From IMG/VR virus record IMGVR_UViG_2700989170_000003: 5,587 bases of DNA. One strand, written 5' to 3'. The DNA comes from a virus. Taxonomy: Duplodnaviria; Heunggongvirae; Uroviricota; Caudoviricetes. Below, piece by piece: positions 1-5,587 of the stretch. Each line of letters begins with the position of its first letter. Position 1 is the first letter of the stretch. Below the pieces are notes generated by a model that made no database searches, was not told the origin of the DNA, and worked only from the letters and a program-made list of their open reading frames with translations. The translations under genes and the position numbers were made by a program.

Positions 1-203
1 CTTCTGATGCCATTCTATTTCAGGAAGGAGTGTCCGTTAAACTCAGGCTACCTCAGTCAGCGCTGGAACGACGAGAAGCCAGAAACCATTCAACCACAAT
101 CCAGACCATCATCCGCAATCACCGTATCGAAAACTGGCTATGTGTTTTTCGACAGGTGAACCATGAAATCAAAAATCAAATCGCTACTGGTCGCTGGTTA
201 TAA
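1..203 (+). CDS. Possible 3' end of an upstream gene running off the left edge; frame unresolved
   Basis: Two + frames are open from the window edge: frame 3 to a TAA at 201-203 and frame 1 to a TGA at 157-159. No motif or homolog recognised, so this is weak ORF-only evidence. Confidence 0.25.
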   Translation, partial: SDAILFQEGVSVKLRLPQSALERREARNHSTTIQTIIRNHRIENWLCVFRQVNHEIKNQIATGRWL

Positions 204-266
204 CCACGGCTGGTTAAGTATTTCGTTTGTCGATTTCTGGTTTAAAAATCTCAATCTGAGGGAATC

Positions 267-2147
267 ATGAGGCCAAGTGAACTTAGCGACCTGCTTTGGG
301 CGCAGGTTGACAGGGTGGCTCCGCACCTGTTGCCAAACGGCAAGATAGAGGGGCATGAGTGGGTTGCCGGTAACGTCAACGGTGACAAGGGAAACAGCCT
401 TAAGGTCAACCTTATCGGCAAGAAAAAATGGGCTGATTTCGCTGAGGGAGACGGCGGTGACATGCTTGATTTGTGGATGGCATGTCGTGGAATTAACCTG
501 CATCAGGCTATGCAGGAAGCGAAAGCATTTCTCGGTATCAAGGATGACGATCACCATTTCGATGCCAGACGTGAGAAGAAATTCTCCAGACCTGATCGTA
601 AGAAAATCGCCCGCTACGTTACCAGAACAGAATCCCATCTTGAGTACCTGCAATCGCGTGGCATATCGCCAGAAGTCGTAAAGCGCTACGAGGTTGTCAG
701 CGGCAAGGTGTGGAATGGAGAACGAGAACTGGATGCTCTGGTGCTTCCGTACAAACGCGATGGTGAGTTGTTGCAGGTCAAGCGAATCAGCACTGAGCGC
801 CCGGACGGGAAGAAAGTCATTATGGCAGAAGGTGATTGCGAACCTTGCCTGTTCGGATGGCAGGCTCTGGACGCTGGCGTGAGGGTGGTTGTGCTTTGCG
901 AAGGCGAAATTGATTGTATGAGCTATGCGCAATACGGCATCTCGGCGTTATCCGTGCCGTTTGGTGGCGGGAAAGGCGCTAAGCAACAGTGGATTGAGTT
1001 TGAGTATCACAACCTCGACAGGTTTGAGGAAATATTCATCTCGATGGACGTTGATGATGTTGGTCGTGAAGCCGCAAGGGAAATCGTAAGCCGACTCGGT
1101 GAACATCGTTGCCGTCTTGTTACTCTGCCGTACAAAGACATCAACGAATGCCTGATGAACGGTGTTACCGAGGATGAAATCTGGCAGTACATCGGCACGG
1201 CATCCTACTTCGATCCTGAAGAACTCTACAGCGCGCGAGAGTTTTACCAGGACACTATCAACGCTTTCTACGGCAAGCAGCAGTATCTGTTTAATCCACC
1301 GTGGGAATCTCTCGCAGATAAATTCCAGTTCCGTGAGGCCGAGTTGACGCTGGTCAATGGTGTGAACGGTCACGGAAAAACGGAGGTTGTCGGGCATATG
1401 GCACTTGAGGCAATGCGTCAGGGTGTGAAGACGTGCATCGCGTCACTTGAGCTGAAGCCAGGCATTCTCCTTAAGCGACTTACCCGTCAGGCAACGTGCT
1501 GCAAGATGCCGCCAGTGCTGGAAATTGACTCTGCATTTAAATTTTATGACGAAAGACTTTGGGTGTTTGGCCTGACCGGAACGGCGAAAGCCGACAGGCT
1601 GATCGAAATATTCGACTACGCTCGCCGCCGATACGGCATCCAGTTATTCATCATCGACAGCCTGATGAAATGTGGCATAGGCGACGATGACTATAACGGG
1701 CAGAAGGCGTTTGTTGACTCGATTTGCGACTTCAAAAACAAAACAAACTCCCACGTCATTCTCGTTACTCACTCGCGAAAAGGAGACAGCGAAGAAAAAC
1801 CAACCGGGAAAATGGACGTAAAAGGCTCTGGAGCGATAACAGACCTGACAGACAACCTTTTCATCATCTGGCGTAACAAGGCTCGCGAGAGAGCGTTACA
1901 GAGAGTTCAGAGTGGTGAAAAGATGTCAGAGAAGGACGAACAGCTACTGGCATCTCCGGCATCTGTTTTGATGCTTGAAAAACAACGTAACGGTGAAGGT
2001 TGGGAAGGTGGTGTCCCGTTGTTCCTTGACGAGCAATCGCACCAGTTCCTGCAACTTGAATCAGGATCGCCATATAGCTACATCGCCAATATGCCGAAAT
2101 CGGAATATGACGAGGCGTGGCGACAGGAAAACGTGACAGAGTATTAA
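267..2147 (+). CDS. Bifunctional DNA primase-helicase, T7 gp4-like (TOPRIM primase domain plus RecA-fold/DnaB-like helicase domain)
   Basis: 626-aa ORF; ATG at 267 is the first in-frame start after a stop at 243-245, with GAGGG 4 nt upstream. TOPRIM motifs VVLCEGEID (about nt 883-909) and SMDVDD (about 1039-1056); Walker A GVNGHGKT (1359-1382); Walker B-like LFIIDSL; KGSGAITDLTDN helicase motif. By-eye colinear with T7 gp4. Confidence 0.85.
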   Translation: MRPSELSDLLWAQVDRVAPHLLPNGKIEGHEWVAGNVNGDKGNSLKVNLIGKKKWADFAEGDGGDMLDLWMACRGINLHQAMQEAKAFLGIKDDDHHFDARREKKFSRPDRKKIARYVTRTESHLEYLQSRGISPEVVKRYEVVSGKVWNGERELDALVLPYKRDGELLQVKRISTERPDGKKVIMAEGDCEPCLFGWQALDAGVRVVVLCEGEIDCMSYAQYGISALSVPFGGGKGAKQQWIEFEYHNLDRFEEIFISMDVDDVGREAAREIVSRLGEHRCRLVTLPYKDINECLMNGVTEDEIWQYIGTASYFDPEELYSAREFYQDTINAFYGKQQYLFNPPWESLADKFQFREAELTLVNGVNGHGKTEVVGHMALEAMRQGVKTCIASLELKPGILLKRLTRQATCCKMPPVLEIDSAFKFYDERLWVFGLTGTAKADRLIEIFDYARRRYGIQLFIIDSLMKCGIGDDDYNGQKAFVDSICDFKNKTNSHVILVTHSRKGDSEEKPTGKMDVKGSGAITDLTDNLFIIWRNKARERALQRVQSGEKMSEKDEQLLASPASVLMLEKQRNGEGWEGGVPLFLDEQSHQFLQLESGSPYSYIANMPKSEYDEAWRQENVTEY

Positions 2148-2176
2148 ATGACCATCTACATCACTGAGCTAATAAC

Positions 2177-2209
2177 AGGCCTGCTGGTAATCGCAGGCCT
2201 TTTTATTTG
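2177..2209 (+). terminator. Intrinsic terminator, lambda tR2-like
   Basis: Perfect 8-bp stem AGGCCTGC (2177-2184) / GCAGGCCT (2193-2200), 8-nt loop, then TTTTTATTT. Lies between the replication gene and ninB, where lambda has tR2. Confidence 0.7.
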
Positions 2210-2224
2210 GGGGAGAGGGAAGTC

Positions 2225-2665
2225 ATGAAAAAACTAACCTTTGAAATTCGATCTCCGGCACATCAGCAAAACGCTATTCACGCAGTACAGCAAATCCTTC
2301 CAGACCCAACCAAACCAATCGTAGTAACCATTCAGGAACGCAACCGCAGCTTAGACCAGAATCGAAAGCTTTGGGCTTGCCTTGGTGACGTCTCTCGTCA
2401 GGTTGAATGGCATGGGCGCTGGCTGGATGCAGAAAGCTGGAAGTGTGTGTTTACAGCAGCATTAAAGCAGCAGGACGTTGTTCCTAACCTTGCCGGGAAT
2501 GGCTTTGTGGTAATAGGCCAGTCAACCAGCAGGATGCGTGTAAGCGAATTTGCGGAGCTATTAGAGCTTATACAGGCATTCGGTACAGAGCGTGGCGTTA
2601 AGTGGTCAGACGAAGCGCGACTGGCTCTCGAATGGAAAGCGCGATGGGGAGACAGGGCGGCATGA
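2225..2665 (+). CDS. ninB: NinB (Orf-family recombination protein)
   Basis: 146-aa product [23 protein letters not shown]... matches lambda NinB as I remember it. GGGAGAGGGAAG Shine-Dalgarno precedes ATG 2225; the ORF-track start at 2207 is an upstream in-frame extension. Confidence 0.93.
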   Translation: MKKLTFEIRSPAHQQNAIHAVQQILPDPTKPIVVTIQERNRSLDQNRKLWACLGDVSRQVEWHGRWLDAESWKCVFTAALKQQDVVPNLAGNGFVVIGQSTSRMRVSEFAELLELIQAFGTERGVKWSDEARLALEWKARWGDRAA

Positions 2666-2844
2666 GACGACAGCGACGAAGTTTCACCGACATCATCTGC
2701 GAAAACTGCAAATACCTTCCAACGAAGCGCTCCAGAAATAAACGCAAGCCAATCCCAAAAGAATCTGACGTAAAAACCTTCAATTACACGGCTCACCTGT
2801 GGGATATCCGGTGGCTTAGAGAACGTGCGAGGAAAACAAGGTGA
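2662..2844 (+). CDS. ninE: NinE
   Basis: 60-aa product [23 protein letters not shown]... matches lambda NinE from memory. ATG 2662 overlaps the ninB stop (ATGA). Confidence 0.88.
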   Translation: MRRQRRSFTDIICENCKYLPTKRSRNKRKPIPKESDVKTFNYTAHLWDIRWLRERARKTR

Positions 2845-3011
2845 TTGACCCAAATCGAAGTTACGAACAAGAAAGCGTCGAGCGGGCTTTAACGTGCGCT
2901 AACTGCGGTCAGAAACTGCATGTGCTGGAAGTTCACGTGTGCTCCGATTGCTGCGCAGAACTGATGAGCGATCCGAATAGCTCAATGTACGAGGAAGAAG
3001 ACGATGAATGA
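2841..3011 (+). CDS. ninF: NinF-like small Cys-rich protein
   Basis: GTG start at 2841 overlaps the ninE stop (GTGA), with GAGGA about 7 nt upstream. 56-aa product [42 protein letters not shown]... resembles lambda NinF. Absent from the ORF track because of the GTG start and short length. Confidence 0.78.
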   Translation: MIDPNRSYEQESVERALTCANCGQKLHVLEVHVCSDCCAELMSDPNSSMYEEEDDE

Positions 3012-3726
3012 GTTAATAAATGGCAATGCCATCAAAATGACAAGCATTGAAATCGCTGAGTTGGTGGGTAAGCGTCATGACAATGTGAAACGTACCATCG
3101 AAACGCTGGCTAAAAATGGTGTTATCCGGCTTCCTCAAATTGAGGTTTCCGAAAGAATCAATAACTTAGGGTTCAATGTTCAGTACGAGCATTACGTCTT
3201 CGAGGGCGAACAAGGTAAGCGAGACAGTATTGTCGTTGTTGCCCAGTTGTCGCCAGAGTTCACCGCTCGCCTTGTTGACCGCTGGCGAGAGCTTGAAGAA
3301 GCTGCGGTTAATATCCCCAAAACGCTACCGGAAGCGTTGCGCCTTGCTGCCGATCTTGCTGAGCAGAAAATGCAACTGGAAAACCAGCTCGCAATTGTCG
3401 CACCTAAAGTTGAGTTTGCCGATCGCGTTGGCGAGGCCAGCGGAATTTTGATTGGAAACTTTGCAAAGGTTGTTGGTATTGGTCAAAACAAACTGTTTGC
3501 GTGGATGCGTGATCACAAAATCCTTATTGCTTCAGGTTCCCGGCGCAATGTGCCAATGCAGGAATATATGGATCGCGGCTATTTCACAGTGAAAGAAACA
3601 GCGGTCAACACAAATCACGGAATACAGATATCGTTCACCACAAAAATCACCGGGCGCGGTCAACAGTGGCTGACCAGAAAGTTGCTCGATAACGGAATGC
3701 TGAAAGTAACAGGGGAGGCTGCTTAA
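3004..3726 (+). CDS. Antirepressor-like protein: N-terminal Rha-family regulatory domain plus C-terminal KilAC (Ant C-terminal) domain
   Basis: 240-aa ORF. N-terminus TSIEIAELVGKRHDNVKRTIETL is the characteristic Rha/Bro-N-like signature; the C-terminal half (ALRLAADLAEQKMQLENQLA...KLFAWMRDHKILI...) is KilAC-like. ATG 3004 lies inside the ninF 3' end, with GAGGA about 10 nt upstream. Confidence 0.82.
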   Translation: MNELINGNAIKMTSIEIAELVGKRHDNVKRTIETLAKNGVIRLPQIEVSERINNLGFNVQYEHYVFEGEQGKRDSIVVVAQLSPEFTARLVDRWRELEEAAVNIPKTLPEALRLAADLAEQKMQLENQLAIVAPKVEFADRVGEASGILIGNFAKVVGIGQNKLFAWMRDHKILIASGSRRNVPMQEYMDRGYFTVKETAVNTNHGIQISFTTKITGRGQQWLTRKLLDNGMLKVTGEAA

Positions 3727-4059
3727 TGGCTAACCTACGCAAAGAAGCACGCGGCAGAGAATGCCAGGTACGTATTTACGGCGTATGCAATGGCNNNNNN
3801 NNNNNNNNNNNNNNNNNNNNNNNNNNNNNNNNNNNNNNNNNNNNNNNNNNNNNNNNNNNNNNNNNNNNNNNNNNNNNNNNNNNNNNNNNNNNNNNNNNNN
3901 NNNNNNNNNNNNNNNNNTGCATGGGCTTGTAGTGCGTGTCACGATGAAATCGACCGACGCACCCATAATCTCGACAACAAAGACGCCAGACTTTACCACC
4001 TCGAAGGCGTGATCAGAACGCAGGCGATACTGCTGAGGGAGGGGAAGATTAAGTCATGA
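3726..4059 (+). CDS. ybcO: YbcO-like (DUF1364) putative metal-binding nuclease; CDS interrupted by an N-run
   Basis: N-terminal MANLRKEARGRECQVRIYGVCNG and C-terminal ACSACHDEIDRRTH...EGKIKS both resemble DLP12 YbcO. The two parts are in different frames across the 123-N gap. Start overlaps the upstream stop (TAATG); stop overlaps the rusA start. Confidence 0.72.
3795..3917. other. Run of 123 N (assembly gap or masked bases) inside the ybcO-like gene
   Basis: Direct observation: n at every position 3795-3917. Confidence 0.99.
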
Positions 4060-4418
4060 ACGAATATCAGTTTGTGCTTCCATACCCGCCGTCGGTGAAT
4101 ACCTACTGGCGAAGACGGGGAAGCCAATATTACATAAGCGATAAAGGCCAGAAATACCGAAAAGACGTTCAGCAAATCATCCGCCAACTCAAGTTAGACA
4201 TTTTCACCAAATCACGACTCCGCATCAAAGTCATCGCAGACGTTCCAGACTCCCGCCGCCGCGACCTCGACAACATCCTGAAAGGTTTACTCGACTCCCT
4301 TATCCACGCCGGATTTGCGGAAGACGACGAGCAATTCGATGACATTCGCGTAATTCGTGGTGTGAAAGTACCAGGCGGACGGCTTGGAATAAAAATCACC
4401 GAACTGGAGAACGCATGA
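4056..4418 (+). CDS. rusA: RusA Holliday-junction resolvase
   Basis: 120-aa product; motifs PPSVNTYW, RRRDLDN and GGRLGIKITE are colinear with E. coli RusA. ATG 4056 overlaps the ybcO stop (ATGA), with GAGGGAGGGG upstream. Confidence 0.93.
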   Translation: MNEYQFVLPYPPSVNTYWRRRGSQYYISDKGQKYRKDVQQIIRQLKLDIFTKSRLRIKVIADVPDSRRRDLDNILKGLLDSLIHAGFAEDDEQFDDIRVIRGVKVPGGRLGIKITELENA

Positions 4419-4603
4419 ACGCCACAATTCAAACGATACCAGAGCTTCTTATCCAGACACGAGGCAATCAGACCGAAGTGGCAAGGATGCTTTCCTGCGC
4501 AAGAGGAACAGTGCTCAAGTACAACCGAGACAGCAAAGGCGAGCGTCACGTAATAGTTAACGGCGTCCTGATGGTCAAACAGGGCAAGAGGGGAAGACGA
4601 TGA
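4415..4603 (+). CDS. ninH: NinH (small HTH protein)
   Basis: 62-aa product; ...GNQTEVARMLSCARGTVLKYNRD...VIVNGVLMV matches lambda NinH from memory. ATG 4415 overlaps the rusA stop (ATGA), with GGAGA 4 nt upstream. Confidence 0.85.
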   Translation: MNATIQTIPELLIQTRGNQTEVARMLSCARGTVLKYNRDSKGERHVIVNGVLMVKQGKRGRR

Positions 4604-5223
4604 GACTAGAAAGCGTAGCTAAATTTCATTCGCCAAAAAGCCCGATGATGAGCTACTCACCACGGGCTACGGCTTCTGACTCTCTTTCCGGTACTGATGT
4701 GATGGCTGCTATGGGGATGGCGCAATCACAAGCCGGATTCGGCATGGCTGCATTCTGTGGTAAGCACGAACTCAGCCAGAACGACAAACAAAAGGCTATC
4801 AACTATCTGATGCAATTTGCACACAAAGTATCGGGGAAATACCGTGGTGTGGCAAAGCTCGAAGGAAATACTAAGGCAAAGGTACTGCAAGTGCTCGCAA
4901 CATTCGCTTATGCGGATTATTGCCGTAGTGCCGCGACGCCGGGCGCAAGATGCAGAGATTGCCACGGTACAGGCCGTGCGGTTGATATAGCCAAAACAGA
5001 GCAGTGGGGGAGAGTTGTTGAGAAAGAGTGCGGAAGATGCAAAGGTGTCGGCTATTCAAGAATGCCAGCAAGCGCTGCATATCGCGCTGTAACGATGCTA
5101 ATCCCAAACCTTACCCAACCCACCTGGTCACGCACTGTTAAGCCGCTGTATGACGCTCTGGTGGTGCAATGCCACAAAGAAGAGTCAATCGCAGACAACA
5201 TTTTGAATGCGGTCACACGTTAG
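4600..5223 (+). CDS. Q: Late-gene antiterminator Q (lambda-type)
   Basis: 207-aa product MRLESVAKFHSPKSPMMS...CRDCHGTGRAVD...CGRCKGVGYSR is near-identical to lambda Q as I recall it, including the zinc-finger Cys motifs. ATG 4600 overlaps the ninH stop (ATGA). Confidence 0.95.
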   Translation: MRLESVAKFHSPKSPMMSYSPRATASDSLSGTDVMAAMGMAQSQAGFGMAAFCGKHELSQNDKQKAINYLMQFAHKVSGKYRGVAKLEGNTKAKVLQVLATFAYADYCRSAATPGARCRDCHGTGRAVDIAKTEQWGRVVEKECGRCKGVGYSRMPASAAYRAVTMLIPNLTQPTWSRTVKPLYDALVVQCHKEESIADNILNAVTR

Positions 5224-5265
5224 CAGCATGATTGCCACGGATGGCAACATATTAACGGCATGATA

Positions 5266-5306
5266 TTGACTTTTTGAATAAAGTTGGGTAAATTTGACTC
5301 AACGAT
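5266..5306 (+). promoter_or_regulatory. Late promoter pR' with qut (Q-utilisation) site
   Basis: -35 TTGACT (5266-5271), 17-bp spacer, -10 TAAATT (5289-5294), then the pause-inducing AACGAT element (5301-5306). This matches the lambda pR'/qut arrangement immediately downstream of Q. Confidence 0.78.
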
Positions 5307-5327
5307 GGATAAATGCACTCGTTAAAT

Positions 5328-5365
5328 AAAGCCCTGAGTTAATAGCTCGGGGCTTTTTGCGTTTT
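5328..5365 (+). terminator. Intrinsic terminator about 30-60 nt downstream of the pR' start (tR'-like)
   Basis: 8-bp stem GCCCTGAG (5331-5338) / CTCGGGGC (5346-5353) with one G-U pair, 7-nt loop, then TTTTTGCGTTTT; an AAA tract sits upstream. Confidence 0.55.
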
Positions 5366-5501
5366 AAGCACGACCTTTCTGAAAGCGCATCAAACCAAAT
5401 ACCAGACAGACCAAAATAATCACCTTATCCGCTGTGGCTACGGTGCGGTGTGCTTTGCATAAAAGAAAACCAGCTCAATGGCTGGCTTCGTGAAAGCGGG
5501 T

Positions 5502-5537
5502 GGCAAGAGGTTGCGCTAACAACCTGATGCCGTTTTG
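5502..5537 (+). terminator. Terminator-like hairpin plus GTTTTG, homologous to a lambda hairpin upstream of the lysis genes
   Basis: Arms GGCAAGAGGTTG (5502-5513) and CAACCTGATGCC (5520-5531) give 4 bp, a 2x2 internal mismatch, then 6 bp; loop CGCTAA; followed by GTTTTGCCC. The sequence from about 5484 to the end matches my recollection of lambda just upstream of gene S. Confidence 0.35.
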
Positions 5538-5587
5538 CCCGTGCATATCGGTCACGAACAAATCTGATTACTAAACACAGTAGCCTG

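Noticed and set aside
198-932. 244-aa ORF on the minus strand
   Set aside because: Lies entirely antisense to the well-supported primase-helicase gene, whose conserved motifs are in the + frame; no motif or ribosome-binding site recognised.
948-1397. 149-aa ORF on the minus strand
   Set aside because: Antisense to the primase TOPRIM/helicase region; most likely a chance open frame.
2207-2665. Longer ninB start at ATG 2207 ([10 protein letters not shown]...)
   Set aside because: ATG 2207 lies in the terminator U-tract with no Shine-Dalgarno, whereas ATG 2225 has GGGAGAGGGAAG upstream and gives the 146-aa lambda NinB N-terminus.
2398-2853. 151-aa ORF on the minus strand
   Set aside because: Antisense to ninB and ninE, both of which have near-identical lambda counterparts on the + strand.
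3176-3451. 91-aa + ORF in another frame inside the antirepressor gene
   Set aside because: Out-of-frame internal ORF within a gene that has clear domain signatures; Ser/Leu-rich product with no start signal.
3730-4012. ORFs that span the N-run (3730..3999 minus, 3761..4012 plus) and 3790..4059 as a separate gene
   Set aside because: Their length comes from N translated as X. 3790..4059 is the C-terminal part of the ybcO-like gene, not an independent gene.
4169-4549. 126-aa ORF on the minus strand
   Set aside because: Antisense to rusA and ninH; Ser/Arg-rich and typical of the reverse frame of a coding region.
4726-5107. Two minus-strand ORFs (79 and 78 aa) inside Q
   Set aside because: Antisense to Q, which is matched along its whole length to lambda Q.
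5360-5500. Possible tRNA gene between Q and the lysis region, as in Stx phages
   Set aside because: I could not find an acceptor stem or T-arm (GTTCnAnnC-like) arrangement by eye; only the small hairpin CCAGC-tcaat-GCTGG (5469-5483).
1-5587. CRISPR array, insertion-sequence ends or integrase/attachment-site signatures
   Set aside because: No regularly spaced direct repeats, terminal inverted repeats or transposase/integrase-like ORFs are present; the window is internal to a phage early-right operon.

Overview
This window reads as a lambdoid (phage lambda-like) early-right/late-regulatory segment, with every supported gene on the + strand. A T7 gp4-like primase-helicase (267..2147) is followed by a tR2-like terminator, a nin-region operon (ninB, ninE, ninF, a Rha/KilAC antirepressor-like insert, ybcO-like, rusA, ninH), the antiterminator Q, and a canonical pR'/qut late promoter with a close downstream terminator. 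NinB and Q look essentially lambda-identical from memory, while the replication module and the region after pR' are not lambda-like, so the element is mosaic. A run of 123 N (3795..3917) sits inside the ybcO-like gene. I do not see a clear, self-contained novel system such as a defence operon. The most unusual observations are a primase N-terminal zinc-ribbon-like domain that lacks its Cys ligands, the antirepressor-like gene wired into the nin operon, and a very short pR' leader. All homology statements are by-eye comparisons against remembered sequences; no database search was run.
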